Assembly: GCA_002353575.1 (NCBI GenBank)
Contig: DEJQ01000019.1
Location: 118,164 to 182,163, forward strand
Reading direction: 5' to 3'
Source of the DNA: Prevotellaceae bacterium UBA2744
Lineage (GTDB): Bacteria > Bacteroidota > Bacteroidia > Bacteroidales > Bacteroidaceae
Length of the DNA stretch: 64,000 nucleotides
Below the pieces are notes generated by a model. The model had not been told where the DNA came from and did not search any database. It was given only the letters and a program-made list of their open reading frames with translations. The position numbers and the translations under genes were made by a program. Positions 10,462-18,412 of the stretch are shown piece by piece. Position 1 is the first letter of the stretch. Every line of letters starts with the position of its first letter.

Positions 10462-10469
10462 CGAAGGTA
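10462..10469 (-). promoter_or_regulatory. -7 promoter box TACCTTCG (minus strand) for lon-tgt operon
   Basis: Plus strand CGAAGGTA. This is the TAnnTT(T/C)G variant that recurs in front of several genes in this window. Confidence 0.5.
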
Positions 10470-10542
10470 GTCATTTTAAATGATAATATTGTAAATTCAC
10501 AATTAAAAAGTAAAAGAGTAAACTCATTAAATGAAAATTTTG

Positions 10543-10550
10543 TACCTTCG
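10543..10550 (+). promoter_or_regulatory. -7 promoter box TACCTTCG for map
   Basis: Lies 23 nt upstream of ATG 10573 and is divergent from the lon promoter. Confidence 0.5.
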
Positions 10551-10572
10551 CGCCATTATTTGAATACAGTGA

Positions 10573-11445
10573 GTGATGATACAATTACGAAAGAACAAAA
10601 ACAAGCGAAATTGGCACACCATTGCCGGTCAGCCTCTGACTGAAATGGATAAGCGAATCCTGTATTTTCAGAATAAGGGTCATATCGTGCCTACTCGCGA
10701 CTTGATAAAGACTCCCGAACAGATTGAGGGAATCCGTGCGGCAGGCGTTATCAATACCGGTGTGCTTGATGAAGTGTCGAAGGTAATCAAGGCGGGTATG
10801 AGTACGCTTGAGATCGATGACCTTGTTTATCAATATACGATGGACCACCATGCTATTCCTGCCTGTCTGGGTTATGAGGGGTTTCCCAAGAGTTGTTGTA
10901 CAAGCATCAACGAGGTGGTCTGTCATGGTATTCCCAATGAAGAAGATATTCTCGAAGAGGGTGATATTATCAATGTAGATTGCACCACTATCCTTGACGG
11001 TTACTTTGCAGATGCAAGCCGTATGTTTATCATAGGAGAGACTACTCCGGCAAAGAAGCGTCTTGTCGATGTGGCATGGGAATGCCTGAAGATAGGTGAA
11101 CAGACAGCCAAGCCCTACACCTTTGTGGGCGACCTGGGGAATGCCATTGCCAAGCATGCCCATAAAAATGGTTACACCATTGTCCGCGACCTCTGCGGAC
11201 ATGGTGTCGGAAACGCATTCCACGAGGAACCTGACGTAGAGCACTACGGAAAGAAGGGTACAGGGATGCTCCTCGTTCCGGGTATGGTGTTTACCATCGA
11301 GCCGATGGTGAATATGGGTGATTGGCATGTATTTGTTGATGCCGATGACGAATGGACGGTAGTTACAGAAGACGAACTTCCCAGTGCTCAGTGGGAACAC
11401 ACATTCGTGATGACTGAGACAGGAGTGGAAATCCTGACCCATTAA
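10573..11445 (+). CDS. map: Type I methionine aminopeptidase
   Basis: 290 aa with metal-ligand context ..VCHGIPN.., ..NVDCTTILDGYFADASRMF.., ..LCGHGVG.., ..FTIEPM.., ..AQWEHT... The N-terminal extension may start at a later Met (MDKR, 10645). Confidence 0.9.
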   Translation: MMIQLRKNKNKRNWHTIAGQPLTEMDKRILYFQNKGHIVPTRDLIKTPEQIEGIRAAGVINTGVLDEVSKVIKAGMSTLEIDDLVYQYTMDHHAIPACLGYEGFPKSCCTSINEVVCHGIPNEEDILEEGDIINVDCTTILDGYFADASRMFIIGETTPAKKRLVDVAWECLKIGEQTAKPYTFVGDLGNAIAKHAHKNGYTIVRDLCGHGVGNAFHEEPDVEHYGKKGTGMLLVPGMVFTIEPMVNMGDWHVFVDADDEWTVVTEDELPSAQWEHTFVMTETGVEILTH

Positions 11446-11522
11446 GTTGCGTCCCTGAACTGTCTCACTAAACTGAGTCCCTAAACCTATAATCTATAAC
11501 ATTTAACCAGTAAACTACACTC

Positions 11523-12536
11523 GTGTATATATTAGCTATAGAATCAAGTTGCGACGACACCAGTGCTGCAGTATTGCGTGATGGCATACTGCTCAGCAAT
11601 GTCACGGCATCCCAAACCGTTCATGAGGCATGGGGTGGAGTGGTGCCGGAATTAGCCAGTCGTGCTCATCAGCAAAACATAGTTCCTGTTGTGGATCATG
11701 CGTTGAAAAAAGCAGGCATCAGTAAATCCGATCTCAATGCTATTGCCTTTACCCGTGGTCCCGGTCTTATGGGTTCGCTCATCGTGGGTGTCAGCTTTGC
11801 CAAGGGATTTGCCCGCAGTCTTGGCATTCCCATGGTCGAGGTAAACCATCTGCAGGGTCATGTGCTGGCGCATTTCATCCGTGAGGGTGAGGATGACCAC
11901 GATCAGCCTTCCTTCCCTTATCTGTGTCTTCTTGTCAGTGGCGGAAATTCTCAGATTGTCAAAGTAAATGGTTATGACAATATGGAGATACTCGGACAGA
12001 CCATTGATGATGCCGCCGGTGAAGCCATCGACAAATGTTCGAAGGTTATGGGATTGGGTTATCCGGGCGGACCGATAATCGACCGTCTGGCTCGCCAGGG
12101 CAATCCTACTGCCTTTGAATTCTCGAAACCTAACATAAAGGGCTACGACTACAGTTTCTCTGGTCTGAAGACATCGTTCCTGTATAAGTTGCAGGACTGG
12201 CAGCGCGAAGACCCTGACTTCGTGGAGCACCACAAGGAAGACCTTGCAGCCAGTCTGGAGAAGACCATCGTTGATATACTCATGAAGAAACTGCGCCAGG
12301 CAGTTAAGGATACCGGCATCCGTCAGGTTGCCGTGGCTGGCGGGGTGTCGGCAAATACCGGATTGCGTAATGCCTTCAGGGATCATGCCCGCCGCTATCA
12401 TTGGAAGATATTCATCCCGAAGTTTTCCTATACCACCGATAATGCGGCTATGATAGGCATAACAGGGTATTTCAAATATCAGGCCGGTGATTTCTGTGAT
12501 ATTGATGCCGAACCATTTGCACGAATGCAACAATGA
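11523..12536 (+). CDS. tsaD: tRNA N6-adenosine threonylcarbamoyltransferase TsaD
   Basis: 337 aa, ..ILAIESSCDDTSAAV.. and ..LLVSGGNSQI... GTG start: an in-frame TAA lies 4 codons upstream and there is no ATG. The stop overlaps the rsmE start (ATGA). Confidence 0.9.
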   Translation: MYILAIESSCDDTSAAVLRDGILLSNVTASQTVHEAWGGVVPELASRAHQQNIVPVVDHALKKAGISKSDLNAIAFTRGPGLMGSLIVGVSFAKGFARSLGIPMVEVNHLQGHVLAHFIREGEDDHDQPSFPYLCLLVSGGNSQIVKVNGYDNMEILGQTIDDAAGEAIDKCSKVMGLGYPGGPIIDRLARQGNPTAFEFSKPNIKGYDYSFSGLKTSFLYKLQDWQREDPDFVEHHKEDLAASLEKTIVDILMKKLRQAVKDTGIRQVAVAGGVSANTGLRNAFRDHARRYHWKIFIPKFSYTTDNAAMIGITGYFKYQAGDFCDIDAEPFARMQQ

Positions 12537-13246
12537 AGGAAGTCCGCTATTTCTATGTACCCGATGCTCCCCAGAGCGATTGTCTGCCCGAAGAGGAGGC
12601 GCAGCATGCCATTCGTGTGCTTCGTATGTCCGAGGGTGACAGTATTGTGCTGCTCGACGGTGAGGGCAACTTCTACGATGCCGTCATCACGGCTACCGAC
12701 AAGCGCAGTTGCCGATACAGGATTCTGTCTGCGCGTCATGAAGACAAGTATTGGCAGGGACACATCCATCTGGCTATGGCACCTACGAAGAACATCGACC
12801 GTACGGAGTGGGCTGTGGAAAAAGCGACAGAGATAGGATTCGACGAACTTACGTTCCTTCGGTGTCAGTTTTCCGAGCGTACTCAGGTCAAGGACGACCG
12901 CATAGAGCGCATACTTGTCTCTGCGATGAAGCAAAGCAAGAAAGCGCAGAAGCCCATTCTCCATTCTCTTGTTGACTTTCGCGACTTCATTCAGTCGCAG
13001 TCTTCGGTAAGGCATAAGTTCATCTGCCACTGCTATGAAGGCGAGAAGCCCCTTCTTCGCGACGTGTTGCCGAAGCATGAGGATGCCCTTGTGATGATAG
13101 GTCCCGAGGGAGACTTCTCGATCGACGAAGTTCGCATGGCAGAGTCTGCCGGATTCCGGTCCGTCAGTCTTGGTGCAGCCCGCCTGCGCACCGAAACGGC
13201 AGCTCTCGTTGCTGTTCATCTTATGAATTTAAGTAATCAAATATAA
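12533..13246 (+). CDS. rsmE: 16S rRNA (uracil1498-N3)-methyltransferase RsmE
   Basis: 237 aa with N-terminal ..EEAQHAIRVLRMSEGDSIVLLDGEG.. and C-terminal ..IGPEGDFSIDEV.....G...VSLG...LR.ETAA.. of the RsmE/SPOUT family. Confidence 0.8.
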   Translation: MKEVRYFYVPDAPQSDCLPEEEAQHAIRVLRMSEGDSIVLLDGEGNFYDAVITATDKRSCRYRILSARHEDKYWQGHIHLAMAPTKNIDRTEWAVEKATEIGFDELTFLRCQFSERTQVKDDRIERILVSAMKQSKKAQKPILHSLVDFRDFIQSQSSVRHKFICHCYEGEKPLLRDVLPKHEDALVMIGPEGDFSIDEVRMAESAGFRSVSLGAARLRTETAALVAVHLMNLSNQI

Positions 13247-13261
13247 AACTTGTATCGAGCT

Positions 13262-14740
13262 ATGAAAAAACTTCTTCCACTCGTTATGATGTTATTAGTC
13301 CTTGTGTCATGCAGCAAGAGCGAATACGTCAGTGTCATCCCGAAGGACGCCGGTTTCGTAATGTCCGTAAACATGAAGTCTATAGCAGAAAAGGCGGACT
13401 TTGCCAATTCTTCCCTGTATCCTCAGTTTGTTGACCTGCTGAAGGGTATGGCAGGCAGTGCTGCCGAGCAGGTTCAGTCCTACATCGAAGATCCCGGACA
13501 GACGGGCATTGATTTCCGCGAGCCGCTTTATGTCTTCCAGAGTGCAGATATGTTGGCCATGGCCATGGCAGTTGAAGACAAAGGTGATTTGGAGGATATG
13601 ATAGAGACCATGCAGAAAGAAGGTGTCTGCGGTGAAATCGAAGATGCAGACGGATTCTCGTTCGTGAAGTCTTCCTTCGGTGGATATTTTGCCTTCAACA
13701 AGAATACTCTTCTCATCGTTGCACCCTCGAAGGGAACTGGCACTCCACAGTATTGTCAGCAATATTGCCGCCAGCTGTTCTCTCTGGAGAAGGAAGACTG
13801 TTTTGTCGAGAGTGAAGCCTTCTCTCAGCTTGACGGACTTGATGGCGATATTGTTTTCTATGGCGACCTCGGTTCGTTGTCTGAGAGTACTATGGGCGAA
13901 CTGAAGTCGTTACTTCCGGAGGGTGTGCGCTATTCCGATGTGCAGGTGTTCTCTTCGTTCCTTGCCGAACAGGGCAGGGCAGTATGGTCAAGCCGCCTGA
14001 AGGGAAAGACCGGTAATGTGCAGAAGCTCATCGAGGAGGGTAGTGGAAATCTGCAGCACATCGACGGCAAGTTCGTCGAGTCGCCTATGCAGGATTTTTC
14101 TGTGTGGGCAAGCGCGGGTGTCGAGAAGGGTGCCCTGCTGGCCATGCTCAAGCAGAGCAATACGGGCAGGCAGATGCTTCTGATGATAGAGCGTGCCATT
14201 GACGTCGAACACATACTGCGCGAGGTCGAGGGCGACGTGGTTGTTGTGATGCCTCCGGCTGCCGCTGATTACAAGAACCCCGAATTCCTGCTGCTCGCCG
14301 AGGTTGACGATGACGACTTCATGGAGGATGTGGATTACTGGCAGAAGAGCATGAAGGATTATGGTATGAGCATGACGAAGACCATCGGACAGAATTATCT
14401 CATCTCGTCAGGCGACATCTCCATCAACTGGGGACTCGACGACGAGAATGTATATTTCGCCACTCCGCAGATGTTTGCAAAGAACTCCATGTCAACCCGC
14501 AGCGACATACTCCGGGCATACAGGGACGAGATAGAGGATTCCTACTTCTACGTGTATGTGAATGTACCTGCGCTTCTTTCTTCCGGAAAAGCTGCAAAGC
14601 GGGTCGGTGTCCTTTCCACCGACAAGGCACTTGAGGACCTCAAGTCTATTATCGTGCAGTCTAAGGAGCATGACCGGATGGACATCTTCTTCAACCTGAG
14701 CGATCAGTCGCAGAACTTCCTGAAGGCACTGTTCCAGTAG
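13262..14740 (+). CDS. DUF4836-like lipoprotein of unknown function
   Basis: Lipoprotein signal MKKLLPLVMMLLVLVSCSK. About 490 aa with the sequence style of the Bacteroidales DUF4836 family (recalled, not aligned). Start set to ATG 13262 rather than the TTG at 13250. Confidence 0.5.
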   Translation: MKKLLPLVMMLLVLVSCSKSEYVSVIPKDAGFVMSVNMKSIAEKADFANSSLYPQFVDLLKGMAGSAAEQVQSYIEDPGQTGIDFREPLYVFQSADMLAMAMAVEDKGDLEDMIETMQKEGVCGEIEDADGFSFVKSSFGGYFAFNKNTLLIVAPSKGTGTPQYCQQYCRQLFSLEKEDCFVESEAFSQLDGLDGDIVFYGDLGSLSESTMGELKSLLPEGVRYSDVQVFSSFLAEQGRAVWSSRLKGKTGNVQKLIEEGSGNLQHIDGKFVESPMQDFSVWASAGVEKGALLAMLKQSNTGRQMLLMIERAIDVEHILREVEGDVVVVMPPAAADYKNPEFLLLAEVDDDDFMEDVDYWQKSMKDYGMSMTKTIGQNYLISSGDISINWGLDDENVYFATPQMFAKNSMSTRSDILRAYRDEIEDSYFYVYVNVPALLSSGKAAKRVGVLSTDKALEDLKSIIVQSKEHDRMDIFFNLSDQSQNFLKALFQ

Positions 14741-14775
14741 AATATTCCCCTCTTTATTGTATATTATATAATATA

Positions 14776-15420
14776 ATGAATACGATACAACTCCAGCAAA
14801 CCCTGCCTGCCGTGTTTTCCGAGCGCACCAACCTGCAGTCGGATGTGTGGCTGCAGGATGTACGGCTCGAAAAGGGTAAGGTATATCTTGTTGAGGCTAA
14901 TTCCGGCACGGGCAAATCCTCTCTGTGCAGTTTCGTCTATGGCTATCGTAAGGACTATATCGGCAGTATCCTTTTCGACGGCGAGAACATCCGCAGTTTC
15001 TCTGTGAAACGCTGGACCGACATCCGCCAGGAGCATCTCTCGCTCCTTTGGCAGGAACTGCGTCTGTTTCCCGAGCTCACTGCGATGGAGAATGTAAGGA
15101 TTAAGAACAATCTTACCGATTATCAGGAGCGTCAGCAGATAGATTACTGGTTCGACTGCCTTGGCATTGCCGACAAGAAAGACAGTCTCATCGGCCGTAT
15201 GTCGTTCGGCCAGCAGCAGCGTGTTGCCATGATTCGCGCCCTCTGCCAGCCGTTCGACTTCATCTTCATCGACGAACCCATCTCCCATCTCGACGACACC
15301 AATTCGCAGATAATGGGCGACATCCTCATGGACGAAGTGCGGCGCCAGGGGGCTGGCATCATCACGACCTCCATCGGCAAGCACCTCCCGCTCCAGTACG
15401 ATCAGGTACTGAAACTCTAA
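14776..15420 (+). CDS. ABC transporter ATP-binding protein (FtsE/LolD-like, single domain)
   Basis: Walker A NSGTGKSS, a degenerate signature MSFGQQQRV and Walker B FIFIDEP. 214 aa. Confidence 0.8.
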   Translation: MNTIQLQQTLPAVFSERTNLQSDVWLQDVRLEKGKVYLVEANSGTGKSSLCSFVYGYRKDYIGSILFDGENIRSFSVKRWTDIRQEHLSLLWQELRLFPELTAMENVRIKNNLTDYQERQQIDYWFDCLGIADKKDSLIGRMSFGQQQRVAMIRALCQPFDFIFIDEPISHLDDTNSQIMGDILMDEVRRQGAGIITTSIGKHLPLQYDQVLKL

Positions 15421-15447
15421 GTGATAGGGGTGGGTGGATTTATGATT

Positions 15448-15509
15448 GTAAATCGTAAATCAAATAGGAATTCGTAAATAGTAAATCGTCAAATAGTAAA
15501 TCAAAAATA
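15448..15509. repeat. Imperfect heptamer tandem array (GTAAATC-like, about 8 units)
   Basis: Read directly: GTAAATC GTAAATC AAATAGG AATTC GTAAATA GTAAATC GTCAAATA GTAAATC AAAAATA. It occupies most of the spacer between the ABC ATPase and permease genes. Confidence 0.7.
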
Positions 15510-15518
15510 TTCTTTCCG

Positions 15519-16715
15519 ATGTCTCTTCTCTGGAAACTACTTCGTCAGCATATCTCCATTCCCCAGTTTGCGGGTTTCTTCCTTGCGAATCTTGTGGGTA
15601 TGGTCATCATACTGCTGGGCACTCAGTTCTACACTGACGTGCAGGCAATCTACGACAGTGAGGACAGCTTCATGAAAGCCGACTACCTCATCATAAATAA
15701 GAAGATAGGTGCCATAACCATGCTTACGGGCAAGAGTGTCGCCTTCAGCGGCGAGGAGCTTGCCGAGGTGGAGGGTCAGCCCTTCGTCGAGGCTGTGGGA
15801 TTCTTCACCCCCAGTGCCTTTAATGTCCGTGCAGCCTTCGAGATGCAGGGAATTGCCAACATGTCCACCGATATGTTCTTCGAGTCGGTGCCCGACCGCT
15901 TCGTCGATGTGGCATCAGACAGGTGGCACTACGAGCCGGGCAGCAGCGACCTGCCGATCATCCTGCCCAAGAACTATCTCGACCTCTACAACTTCGGCTA
16001 TGCCTCTTCGCGCGGAATGCCGAAGCTCTCCGAGGGCATCGTCGGTGCCGTCACCCTCCACATTACGGTTCAGGGCAACGGGAAGAGTGCAGACTTCAAC
16101 GGGCGCATCGTCGGATTCAGTTCGCGCCTGAACACCATCCTCGTGCCCGAGTCGTTCATGAAGTGGGCAAACGGAGAATACGTGTCCAAGGCGGTCGAGC
16201 CCACGCGGCTTATCGTCAAGGTCGGCAATCCTACCGACCAGCGCATTGCCAAGTATCTGACCGACAAGGGCTATGAAACCGACACGTCGAAGCTCGATGC
16301 CTCGAAGACTACCTATATGCTCAGGATGGTTGTCGGGATAGTGATGGCGGTGGGTCTGGTCATCTGTGTGCTGGCATTCTACATACTGATGCTGTCCATC
16401 TACCTGCTGGTGGAGAAGAACTCCTACAAGCTTGAGAACCTGCTCATCATCGGCTACAGTCCGTGCCGGGTCTCCCTGCCTTACCAGCTGCTCACCGTCT
16501 TTCTGAATGTCTTCGTCCTGCTCATGGCATACGGCATACTGCTGCTCCTGCGCAGCATCTATCTCTCCATGCTCATGGGATTCTTCCCTCATGTCACACT
16601 GCCGTCGCTGCTGCCCTCCGCCATTGTGGGCATAGCGCTGCTTCTCGTTGTGTCAATCATCAATATCTGTGTAGTTAAAAACAAAGTCATGTCAATATGG
16701 AACAGGAAAGACTGA
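15519..16715 (+). CDS. FtsX/MacB-type ABC transporter permease
   Basis: 398 aa with one N-terminal TM helix, a soluble domain of about 240 aa and three C-terminal TM helices, which is the FtsX-like topology. It follows the ABC ATPase gene. Confidence 0.65.
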   Translation: MSLLWKLLRQHISIPQFAGFFLANLVGMVIILLGTQFYTDVQAIYDSEDSFMKADYLIINKKIGAITMLTGKSVAFSGEELAEVEGQPFVEAVGFFTPSAFNVRAAFEMQGIANMSTDMFFESVPDRFVDVASDRWHYEPGSSDLPIILPKNYLDLYNFGYASSRGMPKLSEGIVGAVTLHITVQGNGKSADFNGRIVGFSSRLNTILVPESFMKWANGEYVSKAVEPTRLIVKVGNPTDQRIAKYLTDKGYETDTSKLDASKTTYMLRMVVGIVMAVGLVICVLAFYILMLSIYLLVEKNSYKLENLLIIGYSPCRVSLPYQLLTVFLNVFVLLMAYGILLLLRSIYLSMLMGFFPHVTLPSLLPSAIVGIALLLVVSIINICVVKNKVMSIWNRKD

Positions 16716-18178
16716 TAGAACTCTATACGCGCCACTTCGGCGCAGCCCCCTCGTCAGTCCGTCAGTTGCCCGGTGCGGGCAGCAACCGCCGCTACTACCG
16801 CATTGAGGCTGCCGACGGCGCAACGTATATAGGCTGCATAGGCACCAGTGCCGAGGAGAACCGCTCCTTCATCGCCCTCTCGCGCCATTTCTGCAGTCAG
16901 CAGCTGCCGGTGCCGCAGGTCCTCTGTGCGTCCGATGACAGCAGCGTCTATATCCAGCAGGACCTTGGCACGCTTTCTCTCTTCGATTACGTCAGAGAGG
17001 GCAGGGAGGCAGGCGGAAACTATTCCGAGGCGGAGCAGGCCATGCTGCGCCGGGTCATGGGCGACCTGCCCGACCTGCAGTTCCGCGGCGGTTCGCCCGA
17101 CGTCTTCCGCCACTGCTATCCGCAGGCTGAGATGGACCGCACATCGGTCATGTTCGACCTCAACTACTTCAAGTACTGCTTCCTCAAGCTCAGCGGACTG
17201 GAGTTCAACGAATACACCCTGCAGGCTGACTTCGACCGTCTCTGCGGCGACCTGCTCTGCGAGGATGCCGACACGTTCCTCTATCGCGACTTCCAGGCCC
17301 GCAACGTCATGCTCTACGGCGGCAAGCCCTACTATATAGACTTCCAGGGCGGCCGTCGCGGACCCATCTACTACGACGTAGCCAGTTTCCTCTGGCAGGC
17401 ATCGGCGCGCTACGGCGACGACCTTCGCCGCCAGCTCATCGACGTCTATTGGCAGAGCCTGCAGCGATACATCACGTCTGCCGATGCTCCCGCCTGCTAT
17501 CGCGGGCTTACACGCGAGCACTTCCTGCGGCGTCTGCACCTCTTCGTCTTCTTCCGCATCCTGCAGGTGCTCGGAGCCTATGGCTATCGCGGACTGTGGG
17601 AGAAGAAGCGTCACTTCATCGACAGCATCGCCCCGGCGCTCGACAATCTGCGTGCGGAGCTCCGGCTCGGGTCGGCAGCGGCATATCCCTGCCTGCAGTC
17701 GGTGCTGAGCAGGCTCACCGCCGACACACCCCGTCAGCTCCTCGACAAGATTGCCACGCTCGAGCCCCACAAGCGGCTCATCGTCCGCGTCTTCTCCTTC
17801 TCCTTCAAGAAGGGCATACCGGAGGACGCCTCGGGCAACGGCGGCGGATATGTCTTCGACTGCCGCTCGACGAACAATCCCGGCCGCTATGCCGAGTACA
17901 AGTCCGTCACAGGGCTCGACCAGTCCGTCATCGACTTCCTGGAGCGCGACGGCGAAATACTCCAGTTCCTCTCCAGCGTATATCCCCTTGTCGATTTCCA
18001 CACGCAGCGCTGGCTCGACCGTGGATTCACCGACCTTCAGATTTCCTTCGGCTGCACCGGCGGCCAGCACCGCTCCGTATATTGTGCGCAGCACGTAGCT
18101 GAGCACCTGCACCGCAAGTTCGGGGTCGAGGTTCACCTCTGCCACCGCGAGCAGGGCATCCGTCAGGTGCTGAAGTGA
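16697..18178 (+). CDS. Fusion protein: AmgK-like (APH-family) sugar/anomeric kinase domain + RapZ C-terminal-like domain
   Basis: The N-terminal part has ..LPGAGSNRRYYRI.. and ..YRDFQARNVML...YYIDFQGGRRGPIYYDVASFLWQA.., the APH/AmgK-type catalytic loop and DFQ motif. The C-terminal part has ..VFSFSFKKGIPED...GGGYVFDCRSTNNPGR......TGLD..V..FL... ..ISFGCTGGQHRSVY.., which matches my recollection of the E. coli RapZ C-domain (FGFKYGIP..FDVRFLPNP..GCTGGKHRSV). It overlaps the permease gene by 19 nt. Confidence 0.75.
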   Translation: MEQERLIELYTRHFGAAPSSVRQLPGAGSNRRYYRIEAADGATYIGCIGTSAEENRSFIALSRHFCSQQLPVPQVLCASDDSSVYIQQDLGTLSLFDYVREGREAGGNYSEAEQAMLRRVMGDLPDLQFRGGSPDVFRHCYPQAEMDRTSVMFDLNYFKYCFLKLSGLEFNEYTLQADFDRLCGDLLCEDADTFLYRDFQARNVMLYGGKPYYIDFQGGRRGPIYYDVASFLWQASARYGDDLRRQLIDVYWQSLQRYITSADAPACYRGLTREHFLRRLHLFVFFRILQVLGAYGYRGLWEKKRHFIDSIAPALDNLRAELRLGSAAAYPCLQSVLSRLTADTPRQLLDKIATLEPHKRLIVRVFSFSFKKGIPEDASGNGGGYVFDCRSTNNPGRYAEYKSVTGLDQSVIDFLERDGEILQFLSSVYPLVDFHTQRWLDRGFTDLQISFGCTGGQHRSVYCAQHVAEHLHRKFGVEVHLCHREQGIRQVLK

Positions 18179-18189
18179 GTGCGATTAGA

Positions 18190-18326
18190 AATTCCGACAG
18201 GTCGAAAATTTGAAAAAGGGCACTGTCGGAAGGTTCCGACACCCCCCAATATCGAAATGGGGCACTGTCGGAAGGCTCCGACACCCCCCAATATCGAAAT
18301 GGAGCACTGTCGGAAGGTTCCAACAC
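18190..18326. repeat. 42-bp tandem repeat (2 full copies, a truncated third copy and a degenerate leading copy), each unit carrying the palindrome TGTCGGAA-GG-TTCCGACA
   Basis: Units start at 18220, 18262 and 18304: GCACTGTCGGAAGGTTCCGACACCCCCCAATATCGAAATGGG. The copies differ by 1-2 nt. A degenerate copy lies at 18190-18219 (TTCCGACAGGTCGAAAATTTGAAAAAGG). Confidence 0.85.
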
Positions 18327-18330
18327 TAAT

Positions 18331-18365
18331 GAGGGAAGCGGACATTCTGCTTCCCTCTTTTTTTT
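18331..18365 (+). terminator. Rho-independent terminator of the kinase-RapZc operon (may also serve convergent ygiQ)
   Basis: Perfect 9-bp stem GAGGGAAGC / GCTTCCCTC (18331-18339 and 18349-18357), a 9-nt loop, then T8 (18358-18365). Confidence 0.8.
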
Positions 18366-18412
18366 CTGAACACGCGGATTATTTGTAATTATTGTCAGCG
18401 GGAGAGTGGAAG

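Noticed and set aside
10585-13219. 285-, 293- and 246-aa minus-strand ORFs opposite map, tsaD and rsmE.
   Set aside because: All lie antisense to unmistakable housekeeping genes and show no motifs. They reflect rising GC3 in this stretch.
16754-18145. 463-aa minus-strand ORF, plus several 74-217-aa plus-strand ORFs in other frames over the kinase-RapZc gene.
   Set aside because: These are antisense or off-frame shadows of a motif-bearing CDS in about 65% GC DNA. Their translations are R/A/P/S-rich with no recognisable domain.
18190-18326. Considered whether the 42-bp repeats are a small CRISPR array.
   Set aside because: The units are directly adjacent with no unique spacers. Only about 3 copies are present and no cas genes are nearby.
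18179-18388. 69-aa ORF starting (GTG) immediately after and in frame with the TGA stop of the kinase-RapZc gene. It would encode 14-aa repeats (HCRKVPTPPNIEMG) and suggests possible stop-codon readthrough. Minus-strand ORFs 18027-18326 and 18163-18345 also carry 14-aa repeats.
   Set aside because: The periodicity is a by-product of the 42-bp DNA repeat, which is open in several frames on both strands. The ORF runs through a canonical terminator hairpin and T8. There is no evidence for TGA recoding elsewhere in the window, where many genes end in TGA.
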